Source: an uncultured Spirochaetaceae bacterium (GTDB lineage Bacteria; Myxococcota_A; UBA9160; UBA4427). From it: a stretch of 64,000 nt of DNA. Positions 45,630 to 54,226 of this stretch are shown piece by piece. Each line of letters begins with the position of its first letter. The first letter of the stretch is position 1. The translations under genes were made by a program, and so were the position numbers. The stretch lies in the NCBI GenBank assembly GCA_964565565.1, contig CAZMFM010000011.1, positions 1,152 through 65,151 of the forward strand, in the 5' to 3' direction. The notes beneath the pieces are model-generated. The model saw nothing but the letters and a program-made list of their open reading frames with translations. It had not been told where the DNA came from and did no database searches.

Positions 45630-47393
45630 ATGGATTTCATTATTCTCATTCCCGCCGTCGCGATCATGGTGTCGGCCGCCTTCGGAGCGGTCTGTATCGC
45701 GTGGGATTCAGACCGACGAGCGACCACGTCGATGTCCGCGATCTTCGTCTGCACGGGTGTCTGGGCCCTGCTCGACCTGATGACCTTTCTCACGACGGAT
45801 CCCGATTCGGCTCGCATCTGGATGCAGTGGATGCATCTGCCGGCCCTGCTTCTGGGGCCGAGCGTGACCTGGCTTCTCGGGCATGTTTTTCCGCAGATCG
45901 GCAACCGTCTCCTCGGTCTGGCGCGTTTGGGATTCGCTTTGGGCCTGGTGCTGGGTGTGTCGGCGGCGCTTACGCCGGGAACGATCGGGGAGGTGGTCGC
46001 AGCGCCTTGGGGAGGCTGGCTCGGTCGCTATGGCGCGGTCTCCGTGCTCATCGTGCCCATCGGAACCATCCTGCCCTTGCTGGCCGTCTACGAAGTTTCG
46101 CGTCTCGAAAGTCCGATTCGACAACTCCGGCCCGATGCACGTCGAGCGAACGCGATGACCTTTGCGGTCGTGGTCTCGCTCCTGGCGGCGGTTACGACTG
46201 AGTATGTCTTGCCCTTGCTCGAGATTCCGGCTCCGCGCTTGGGTGCAATTTCCGTAGCCAGCGTTTCGGCCGCGGTCTGGCTATTCACTCTCCACGAAAC
46301 GAATGACCTGGCTGTGACGCCCGAAGGCATGGCCCGCTCGATGCTCGCTGAACTTCACGATGGTGTCGCCCTGGTCGGCCTCGACGGCTCCATCCTGGCT
46401 TCGAATCTTCGCTTCGAGGAGATGAGCGGACGCGCGAGCGCAAATCTGATCGGTGCCTTTTTGCCGGACTGGGTCGATCCCTCCCTCGAGGAGATCTCGA
46501 AAGGGATCGAGGATCGGGAAACGGGTCTTGTCCGCGTCGATGGTGCGTTGCTTCCCGTTTCGTTGTCGTCGTCGAAAGCAGTCGGGCGGGATCGCAAAGC
46601 GATCGGCGCGGTCGTCGTCTTTCGGGACATGCGTGAGATCGACGCGCTCAGACGCCGCCTCTTGACTTCGGGGCGGCTCGCGGCGATCGGGGAATTGGCC
46701 GCGGGAATCGCTCACGAAGTCAACAACCCGATCGCCTTCATCCGATCGGACCTCAACCTTCTCTCGCAACGACTGCAGGAAATCCGCCAGTGCGTTTCGC
46801 AGAAACCGCATTGCGAAAGCGAGCTCTCGATCATGGAAGGCGTAGGGGCACGGATCGAAGTCGCGCTTGCGGGCGTCGAACGCGTTGCGCAGGTCGTGAG
46901 TGATGTTCGTGAATTTGCGCATGTAGGCGGTCGCAGCCAAGGCGGAAGTGATCCCGTCGTGCTGCTCGAAGGTGCGATGCGCTTGGCGAGGTTGCAGAGA
47001 GGGGACGAAGTCGCGCTCCGCGTTCGTGAGTCCGAATGCAGCGATTGGATCGAATCGGGCCAGGAACTCAAGCAAGTCTTGTTGGCGCTCCTGCTGGTTC
47101 TCGTCGAGAGCCTCGATCAGGGCGGGTCGATCGATGGGGTCGTCGAATCCGATCGTAAGCATCTTCGAATCGGGCTGTGCGCGGCGCCGCTTCGCGAAGA
47201 CGCGACGGCGATGAGTCGTCGCTTTGATTCGATCGCGGGCGGCGATCTTCATGCCTCGAACTCTGAGTTCAGGATCGTAATCGCGACCGAGCTCATTCAT
47301 GAGCTTGGCGCGTCCTGCACTTTTCGACCGTCGGGGCCAGAGTCCCTGTCGATCGAGTTGCAGCTTCCTCTCGAGGAGGAGCCGAGCGCATGA
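45630..47393 (+). CDS. membrane PAS sensor kinase paralog 1: H-box intact, ATP-binding (CA) motifs degenerate
   Basis: Multi-TM N-terminus and a PAS-like segment. H-box LAAGIAHEVNNPIAF. The CA region reads LKQVLLALLLVLVESL / LRIGLCAAPLRE / RRFDSIAGG / SEFRIVIATELIHELGAS, so there are no N, G1 or G2 boxes. ATG at 45630 has a GAGGA RBS. Confidence 0.85.
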   Translation: MDFIILIPAVAIMVSAAFGAVCIAWDSDRRATTSMSAIFVCTGVWALLDLMTFLTTDPDSARIWMQWMHLPALLLGPSVTWLLGHVFPQIGNRLLGLARLGFALGLVLGVSAALTPGTIGEVVAAPWGGWLGRYGAVSVLIVPIGTILPLLAVYEVSRLESPIRQLRPDARRANAMTFAVVVSLLAAVTTEYVLPLLEIPAPRLGAISVASVSAAVWLFTLHETNDLAVTPEGMARSMLAELHDGVALVGLDGSILASNLRFEEMSGRASANLIGAFLPDWVDPSLEEISKGIEDRETGLVRVDGALLPVSLSSSKAVGRDRKAIGAVVVFRDMREIDALRRRLLTSGRLAAIGELAAGIAHEVNNPIAFIRSDLNLLSQRLQEIRQCVSQKPHCESELSIMEGVGARIEVALAGVERVAQVVSDVREFAHVGGRSQGGSDPVVLLEGAMRLARLQRGDEVALRVRESECSDWIESGQELKQVLLALLLVLVESLDQGGSIDGVVESDRKHLRIGLCAAPLREDATAMSRRFDSIAGGDLHASNSEFRIVIATELIHELGASCTFRPSGPESLSIELQLPLEEEPSA

Positions 47394-49156
47394 TCCCCTT
47401 CCTTCTCGTCAAACTCTTCAGCGCAGCGCTATCCGTGGCGCTGGGGGCGGGAATCCTGGCGCGCGACCACGGCCTGAAGTCGAATCGATTGATCGCCACG
47501 TTCCTGTTTTGCAATGCGTGGTGGGCGTTCTTCGAGTTCATGCTCTACCAGGAAACGAATCCGGAGATCGCCATTTGGATCTATCGCTGGATGGCGGTTG
47601 GTTGGATGCCTCTCGGCGTGCTCTGCATGCACGCTTCGGTGACGCTTTCTTCGATGGAAGATCATCCTGTCACAAAGATGATCTGGCCACTCTATGCCGC
47701 GATTGCGCTTATCCTGCCCTCGGCCATGACCAGCGATTTCGTCATCGCCGCAATCGTGCAGGAGGAATTCGCTTGGCAACCGGTTTTCGGTTTCGGGATG
47801 GTGCCCGCCTATTTCCTGCTCGTGGCCCCCGTTGTTGGGACAATGATCTGCTGGCGTAGCGTCATGATACTGCGCGATAGCGGCGGTCAGCTTCAGTTGG
47901 CCCGAATCGTCTTTTTCGGGCTCGCGGGTTCCCTCGTCGCGGGTACGGCGACCGCGATCGTTTTGCCACTTTTTGGGCTGGCCGCTGTGGGAATCACGAC
48001 GACGCTCGTCGCCCTGGTTGGTCTCGCGGCGGCTTGGACCTTGCGGCAATACGGCTATTCACTCATCTCCTCGCAAGCCTTCGCTCGCGAGATTCTTGAT
48101 ACTCTCAAAGATGGTGTCGTGTTAGTCGGCGGCGACAGCGTTCTGCGCGATGCCAATCGCGCCTTCCTGCGAATGGTCGGTGGCACCAAGGCATCCGCGA
48201 TCGGGCGGCCGATCTCAGATTGGATCCTTGGCTTCCCGGATCGTGAGGGTCCGTCTGAGTCTTCGGCCTTCATGGAGCTTCGAACCCGGTCCGGAGAGAT
48301 CATCCCCGTCGTGGTTTCAGCGCCGGTCCATTTTCTCGGCCCGGGCCGCTTTGCCGGACAAGCGTTCTTGTTGAGAGATCGACGAGAGATCCTCGCCTTG
48401 CAAAGACGCATCGTGGGTTCCGTGCGTCTCGCCGCGGTAGGCGACCTGGCCAAATCGATCGCGCGTTCGATCAATGAGCCGGTCGCTCAGGCACGGAACG
48501 AACTGGACGGGCTTTCGATCGACTGGGAGACTGTCGAGTATATCTCCGAGCTCGCCAACCTCGAAGAGCCGTGCAAGGAGGCCATCGGCGAAGGATTCGA
48601 ATTGATCGGGGAATGCACGGAAGGCGTCGACCGAATCTCGACGATCGTCCGCGAGGTCGGTGGCTACTCATCCGAGATGGCACGTGCCGACTTCGTTGAA
48701 GTCTCCTTCGCCGATATCGTCTCACGCTCGCTTCGGATCGCGAGTGTCCATGCCCCGCCCTGGTTGGAGGTCGAGGAGAGCCTGGATGTCGATGTACGAA
48801 TCGAATGTCGCTCGGAGGAGATCGAACGGGTCGTGACCAATCTGCTAGTCAATTCAATTCAGGCGCTCGAAGAAAAGCGAGCTGAGATTGGTCACCTCGT
48901 GATTGGGGTCGCAGCCTTCGGTGACCGAGCCTTGCTTCATATCGAAGACGACGGAAGTGGCATCACGCCCGAGGTGCTCGATCGGATCTTTGATCCCTTC
49001 TTCACGACGAAGCCGGTGGGCAAGGGGACGGGCCTCGGCCTCGCTATCTCGTACCACATCATCAAGGGGCACGACGGCGATATCCGGGTTTCGTCGGTTC
49101 CTGGTCGTGGTACGAGCGTGGTGGTCGAGCTACCGAGCGCGACGGGCTCGAATTAG
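47390..49156 (+). CDS. membrane PAS sensor kinase paralog 2: H-box His replaced by Arg, CA domain intact
   Basis: Same architecture as paralog 1. The H-box position reads LAKSIARSINEPV, with no His in the DHp. N-box VVTNLLVNSIQAL, G1 IEDDGSGI, F-box IFDPFFTTK and G2 GTGLGLAIS. ATGA overlap with paralog 1. Confidence 0.88.
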   Translation: MIPFLLVKLFSAALSVALGAGILARDHGLKSNRLIATFLFCNAWWAFFEFMLYQETNPEIAIWIYRWMAVGWMPLGVLCMHASVTLSSMEDHPVTKMIWPLYAAIALILPSAMTSDFVIAAIVQEEFAWQPVFGFGMVPAYFLLVAPVVGTMICWRSVMILRDSGGQLQLARIVFFGLAGSLVAGTATAIVLPLFGLAAVGITTTLVALVGLAAAWTLRQYGYSLISSQAFAREILDTLKDGVVLVGGDSVLRDANRAFLRMVGGTKASAIGRPISDWILGFPDREGPSESSAFMELRTRSGEIIPVVVSAPVHFLGPGRFAGQAFLLRDRREILALQRRIVGSVRLAAVGDLAKSIARSINEPVAQARNELDGLSIDWETVEYISELANLEEPCKEAIGEGFELIGECTEGVDRISTIVREVGGYSSEMARADFVEVSFADIVSRSLRIASVHAPPWLEVEESLDVDVRIECRSEEIERVVTNLLVNSIQALEEKRAEIGHLVIGVAAFGDRALLHIEDDGSGITPEVLDRIFDPFFTTKPVGKGTGLGLAISYHIIKGHDGDIRVSSVPGRGTSVVVELPSATGSN

Positions 49157-49185
49157 GTCGAGAACCTGTCTGACTCAAGTCCCGG

Positions 49186-49202
49186 TCGGCCGCGGCCGAT
49201 TT
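49186..49202 (+). terminator. weak possible terminator after kinase paralog 2
   Basis: GC palindrome tcggccgcggccga followed by TTT. Short stem and weak U-tract. Confidence 0.25.
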
Positions 49203-49254
49203 CAGATCAGCGGGCCTGCATTGCCCGAACCCAGAACGCGTGCGGAGACGAACC

Positions 49255-49872
49255 ATGCAGTCGATCCATCTCAGTGGCTTGATCGTTCAGCCGATCGCGG
49301 AGCGAATTCGCGATTGGAATCTCGACGGGAAGATCAGTGAGGAAGATCTCGATCGCGCCTTGTCGAGCGACGGCCGAGCGTTGATCGATCACTCGCTGGC
49401 CTTTGGCGATTGGGTCCCTGTCGAGGATGTCGAAGGACTGGTCGGATTGGCGGCCGATCAGATTGGTGGCGAGACGGGCATGGTCGAATGGGCAGATGAA
49501 ATCGTTCTCGGCTGGCACTCGGAGAGTGCGATCGAGAACCTTGTTCGTGCTGGTCGAGCATTGGTTGATTCACCGGGCTTCGTCGTGACCCAGGCCAGTG
49601 GACTCGTCGTGCGAGATGCCGACTGGAGTTACGACGGAGGACGGACCTCCTTCAGCGTTCGTCTGCGAGGACTCGGGGATGTCAGTCCCGCCCTGAAGGC
49701 ATTGCTCGGCTCGCTGCTCGCGCGATTGGCTTGCTTGCCGACGAATCTCGGCTTCGATGTTCGCTTCGACGGGATCGACGGGGAGGACCTGGTTGTTTTT
49801 GGAGAGGCGCCCGATGGCAGGGATGACGATCAAGGTCAGAGCCGACTTCATCAGGCGGCCTTGATCGCCTAA
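49255..49872 (+). CDS. hypothetical cytoplasmic protein (205 aa)
   Basis: ATG at 49255 has a GGAGA RBS. Protein-like composition with an acidic tail. No motif I can name. Confidence 0.6.
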   Translation: MQSIHLSGLIVQPIAERIRDWNLDGKISEEDLDRALSSDGRALIDHSLAFGDWVPVEDVEGLVGLAADQIGGETGMVEWADEIVLGWHSESAIENLVRAGRALVDSPGFVVTQASGLVVRDADWSYDGGRTSFSVRLRGLGDVSPALKALLGSLLARLACLPTNLGFDVRFDGIDGEDLVVFGEAPDGRDDDQGQSRLHQAALIA

Positions 49873-49906
49873 GCGATCTATCACCAAGAGTTGCCAGCGC
49901 AGTGGT

Positions 49907-52450
49907 CTATTCGCGCAGGCCAAGGATCCGTAGCATGGGACCCGCCGGTAGGCGGGAATCGTCGAGAACAACCTCCGCCTCGATCTGGAACCCGCCTTCA
50001 CCCTCTTCATCGATCAGGGTCTGAACGACATCGAAAGCCAACTCGCTCCGTGCATCGAGCCGAGTCCAATGCCCTCGACGTGCATCGGGGTCGTAGCGGA
50101 CTTCACCCTGGGCAGCGAAGACCGCGGAGAATTCAGACTCGAATCGACCGGCGTCCCAGCTACCTTCCGCAACACAGCCAGAGGCTTCATCGAAGTCCCT
50201 TCTGGACAGCGCATGCAGTAACTGATGCATTTCCGCGCGCACGCGGGCCTCGAAGCGCTTCCGATCGAGTCGCCGGGGCGCGCGATCCGGTATTGCCTCG
50301 TTGTCGGGTGCAGCCGGCCGTTTCTTCGGCGCGACGAGATTCTCCCATTCCTCGATCAGGCTCGAGTCGACGCGAGCCAGCATGGCGCGGAAGAAAGCGA
50401 TCACTTCTTCAATCTCGTCGCTGCGCGCGGATTCAGGAAGATTGCGCGAGAGGGTCGAGTGGACCTGATTGAGATAGCGCAGCAGGACGCCTTCGAGGCG
50501 TGCGATGCCGTAGCGCCTAACGTAGTCGTCGAAGGAGAGGAAGCCTTCCCAGATCTCTCGCGCGATCGATTTGGGCCGGACGGAGTCGCTTCCGACCCAC
50601 GGGTGATGGGCTGCGAAGAGGTCGTAGGTGGCGTAGAGGAAATCCGCGTTCGGCTTGTCCCAGGTCACGCCTTCGAGTTTCGTCATGCGCTCTTCGTAGG
50701 GCACCCGCTCCGCTTTCAGTTCGGCGATCAGCTCGGATTTTCGCTGATGGACCTGAGCCAGGAGCAGCGCGCGGGGATTTTCGAGGATGGCTTCGACGAT
50801 CGAGAGCACGTCGAGTGCATAGTCCGCCGCGTCGGGATCCAGCGCCGTGACCGCATCGACCAGGTAGAGTGAGAGCGTGTGGTGAAGACCAAAATCCCGC
50901 TGAAGGTCTTCGTCAACGCGTGCCCGGGCAGGGCCACCCGGTCCGGCCCTTTCGACTTGCACGACCCCGGCCTGTCGAAGGGACCGGAATAGCACTGCGG
51001 CTTCTCGGCGCAGTCTCTTCTTTCGGCTCTTCGTTTCGAAGCTCTCGTTGGTGAGTTCGATCAATTCGCGGTAGCCGGAGCCCGGAAGCGCCTGGTCTTC
51101 TCCGCGTTGCAGGAGCGAGACGAGCGTGGCGTGGCTCATGCTGAACTGAGATCGAAGTGTCTCAGCGGGCTTTTCGCGTAGTTGCTCGAAGGTCTCCGCG
51201 GACCAGGCGACAAAGCCGCGTGGCGGTGGCTTTTTCTTCTTCTCTTTCTTGCGTCCGGTTGCGGCTGCCCGCGCGCTGGCACGTTTGTTTTCGATCACGT
51301 GCTCGGGTGCCTGGCAAACGACACTGCCTTCGACGTCGAATCCGCGGCGGCCCGCGCGGCCGGCGATCTGCTTGAAGTTTCGAACGGAGAGCAGGCCTAC
51401 TTTCTCGCCGTCGAATTTAGAGAGCTTGGTGAAGAGCACGGTTCGAATCGGAATGTTGACGCCCACACCTAGGGTGTCCGTTCCGCAGATCACCTTGAGC
51501 AAGCCGCGCTGGGCGAGTTGCTCGACGAGCAGGCGGTATTTCGGAAGGATGCCGGCGTGGTGCAAGCCGATTCCGAATTTCAAGAAGCGTTGGATGTCTT
51601 TGCCGTAGGGGGAATCGAAACGAAAGCCACCGATGGCTTCGCTCAGCGCACGTTTCTCTTCTTTGCTGGTCATTTGTCCACTGGTCAGGCCCTGCGCTTG
51701 CTCCGCGGCGTCGCGTTGCGTGAAGTGGACCATGTAGATGGGAGCTTGGCCGGCGGCGAGGAGTGACTCGACGGTTTCCACGACGGGTGTTTCCCGATAG
51801 CTGAAGTCGAGGGGAACGGGTCGATCATCGCTGTGGACGTGGGCGACTTCGCGGCCCGTGCGCTTCTGGATGCGCTCTTCGATGACCGCGGTATTTCCGA
51901 GGGTGGCGGACATCAATAGGAAGCGGGTCTTTTCGAGGACCAGGAGTGGAACCTGCCAGGCCCAGCCGCGATCGCGATCAGCGAAATAATGGAACTCATC
52001 CATCACGACGTAGGGGGCATCTGTCTCAAGGCCTTGTCGGAGCGCCATGTTGGCCAGAATCTCGGCGGTGCAGCAGACGATCGGAGCGGCCCAATTGATG
52101 GCTGCGTCGCCGGTCAACATACCGACATTCTCAGGGCCGAATTCTTCACAGAGCGCGAAAAACTTCTCGCTAGTCAGCGCCTTGATCGGAGCGGTGTAGA
52201 AGGATCGTTTGCCCTCGCATAACGCCTTGAAATGGAGGCCGAGCGCGACGAGGGATTTTCCGGAACCCGTGGGCGTGCTCAGCACCACATGGCGGTTGGT
52301 CATGAGCTCGAGCAACGCTTCTTCCTGGGCATCGTAGAGCGTGAGATCCGCGTCGGCGCACCAGCGGGTGAAGCGATCGAGGATGGCTTCCGGGTCGAAT
52401 AGCCCGCCCTCTGGAACCCACTCGATCAGTTTTCGACGTGTCGTTGTCAT
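49907..52450 (-). CDS. DEAD/DEAH-box (Ski2-like) helicase with a DUF3516-type C-terminal region
   Basis: TPTGSGKSLVA (Walker A), VVMDEFHYF (DExH) and SATLGN. The N-terminal LYDAQEEALLEL pattern and the long C-terminal domain are typical of the DUF3516 helicase family. Confidence 0.85.
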   Translation of the reverse strand: MTTTRRKLIEWVPEGGLFDPEAILDRFTRWCADADLTLYDAQEEALLELMTNRHVVLSTPTGSGKSLVALGLHFKALCEGKRSFYTAPIKALTSEKFFALCEEFGPENVGMLTGDAAINWAAPIVCCTAEILANMALRQGLETDAPYVVMDEFHYFADRDRGWAWQVPLLVLEKTRFLLMSATLGNTAVIEERIQKRTGREVAHVHSDDRPVPLDFSYRETPVVETVESLLAAGQAPIYMVHFTQRDAAEQAQGLTSGQMTSKEEKRALSEAIGGFRFDSPYGKDIQRFLKFGIGLHHAGILPKYRLLVEQLAQRGLLKVICGTDTLGVGVNIPIRTVLFTKLSKFDGEKVGLLSVRNFKQIAGRAGRRGFDVEGSVVCQAPEHVIENKRASARAAATGRKKEKKKKPPPRGFVAWSAETFEQLREKPAETLRSQFSMSHATLVSLLQRGEDQALPGSGYRELIELTNESFETKSRKKRLRREAAVLFRSLRQAGVVQVERAGPGGPARARVDEDLQRDFGLHHTLSLYLVDAVTALDPDAADYALDVLSIVEAILENPRALLLAQVHQRKSELIAELKAERVPYEERMTKLEGVTWDKPNADFLYATYDLFAAHHPWVGSDSVRPKSIAREIWEGFLSFDDYVRRYGIARLEGVLLRYLNQVHSTLSRNLPESARSDEIEEVIAFFRAMLARVDSSLIEEWENLVAPKKRPAAPDNEAIPDRAPRRLDRKRFEARVRAEMHQLLHALSRRDFDEASGCVAEGSWDAGRFESEFSAVFAAQGEVRYDPDARRGHWTRLDARSELAFDVVQTLIDEEGEGGFQIEAEVVLDDSRLPAGPMLRILGLRE

Positions 52451-53310
52451 TCGTCAGGATTTCTGCGGAAGAGCGACCTCGTCGTCGCGACCAGGCGGGC
52501 GGTCCCGGCGCGAAGAGTTGGAAAGAGCGTCGCTTCCGGTAGGCTGGCGATCAAGCATGTGATGTTGTCGTGGCCACCGGCGGAGTTGGCCGCCGCGATC
52601 AATTCGCTTGCCGCGCTACGGGGGTCGTCTTCGGTGACCATCAGACGTTTCGCTTCCGCGTCGTCGATCAGACCGTGCAAGCCGTCGGAACAGAGCAGGT
52701 AGCGGTCGCCGCCGGTCGGGTGAATTTCAGCCACTTCGACTTCGACTTCATCGTGCACGCCGAGGGCGCGAAGGATTTGATTGCGACGAGGATCCTGGCT
52801 GGCCTCTTCCTTGCTGAGCACGCCTTCGCGCAGGAGCGTTGCGACGAGCGAGTGGTCTTCGGTGATCGCCGTGAAAGCTTCATCGCGAAGCTGGTAGAGG
52901 CGACTGTCTCCGACGTGGGCCACGACCGAAGGGCGATTCTTGGCCAACAGGAGGCAGACAATGGTCGTTCCCATTCCGTCGAGGGCGCGGTCTTCGCGAG
53001 CGGCTTCGAGGATTTGCCGGTTCGCCGCTTCGATGGCGGTCTTCAGCCGTAGCCCCGGATCGTCTCCTCCCTCTCGAATTTTCGATGCAAGGGCTTCGAC
53101 GGCCATCGCGCTGGCCACCTCTCCGCCTTGATGGCCACCGAGCCCGTCGGCTACGACCAGCAACACTTCGTCACGATCCTCGTCACGGTAGTAGCCGTAG
53201 GCGTCTTGATTGACGCGTCGCACGCGACCGACATCCGTCGCGCCGGCGATTCGTAGCTTGCCACCGGTCCAGGCCAGACTTGATTGCATCGTCGGTTCGA
53301 GAGAGGTCAA
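52447..53310 (-). CDS. PP2C-family Ser/Thr protein phosphatase
   Basis: TDVGRVRRVNQDA, VADGLGGHQGGEVAS, LLCSDGL and DNITCL motifs. ATGA overlap with the downstream helicase start. Confidence 0.9.
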   Translation of the reverse strand: MTSLEPTMQSSLAWTGGKLRIAGATDVGRVRRVNQDAYGYYRDEDRDEVLLVVADGLGGHQGGEVASAMAVEALASKIREGGDDPGLRLKTAIEAANRQILEAAREDRALDGMGTTIVCLLLAKNRPSVVAHVGDSRLYQLRDEAFTAITEDHSLVATLLREGVLSKEEASQDPRRNQILRALGVHDEVEVEVAEIHPTGGDRYLLCSDGLHGLIDDAEAKRLMVTEDDPRSAASELIAAANSAGGHDNITCLIASLPEATLFPTLRAGTARLVATTRSLFRRNPDE

Positions 53311-53500
53311 GTCGATCCTTGTGGCGGTCCCGTGGCGGGTATTGTTGCGGTCGCGATCTCGTGGCGATCGAATCGCCGGGGGTGAATGGGCGAGCGTCGA
53401 CCAGAGACTAGTCGCTCCGGCCGCCGATGGAAGCGGTCTCGGGTATGCTGGTCGCGATGGGTCGGGTGGTCGGATCGTCGTTCGATGTGGAGAGATTCAA

Positions 53501-54208
53501 GTGAAGCGAGCGGAGAAGGCGGAGCGAATCCTCGAGATCCTCGACGATCTCTATCCTCGGCCACCGATTCCCCTGGACCATGAAGATCCCTTTGGCCTGC
53601 TCGTCGCGGTGGCCCTATCGGCGCAAACGACGGATGAGCGGGTCAATCTCGTGACCCCGGGACTCTTTGCCATGGCGCGAACGCCGGCGGCAATGGCAAA
53701 ATGTTCGGTGGAAGAAATTCTCGAGCAGATCCGCTCGTGTGGTCTAGCGCCCGGCAAGGCGAAGAATCTGCGAGCCATGTCGGAAATCCTGGTTCGAGAA
53801 CACGACGGCCTCGTTCCCCCGGACATGGCAGCACTCGAAGCCTTGCCCGGGGTCGGGCACAAGACGGCGAGTGTCGTGCTCATTCAGGCCTTTGGGATTC
53901 CCGCCTTGCCCGTCGACACCCATATCCATCGCCTGGCGGCGCGTTGGGGTCTTTCCGACGGCAAGAACGTCGAAAAGACGGAACGTGATCTCAAAGCGGT
54001 CTTTCCGCGCGAGGCCTGGGCGCGCGTTCATTTGTCGATGATCTACTTCGGTCGTGAATATTGTCAGGCCCGCGGACACGACCTGTCGACCTGTCCGATA
54101 TGCGGCTGGTCGGCTTCCAAAAAACGCATCGCGGAAGAGGCGCGTTCGGGGGGCGGCGGGCCGGTTTCGCGCAAGGCGGTTGCCAAGAAGAAAAAGGCGA
54201 AGCGTTAG
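53501..54208 (+). CDS. nth: endonuclease III with a Lys-rich C-terminal tail
   Basis: HhH-GPD (LPGVGHKTASVVL, VDTHIHR) and an FeS cluster loop (C-x6-C-x2-C: CQARGHDLSTCPIC). GTG at 53501 has a GGAGAG RBS. The longer track ORF overlaps the divergent PP2C gene. Confidence 0.85.
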   Translation: MKRAEKAERILEILDDLYPRPPIPLDHEDPFGLLVAVALSAQTTDERVNLVTPGLFAMARTPAAMAKCSVEEILEQIRSCGLAPGKAKNLRAMSEILVREHDGLVPPDMAALEALPGVGHKTASVVLIQAFGIPALPVDTHIHRLAARWGLSDGKNVEKTERDLKAVFPREAWARVHLSMIYFGREYCQARGHDLSTCPICGWSASKKRIAEEARSGGGGPVSRKAVAKKKKAKR

Positions 54209-54226
54209 GTCGAAGCCAAGCCCTCG

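Noticed and set aside
46281-47300. 339-aa minus-strand ORF, and similar long antisense ORFs (1637..2563, 23435..24556, 23961..24779, 34519..35469, 38643..39422, 58260..58808, 59121..59675)
   Set aside because: All lie opposite genes with clear family signatures and have Arg/Pro/Gly-rich shadow-frame composition.
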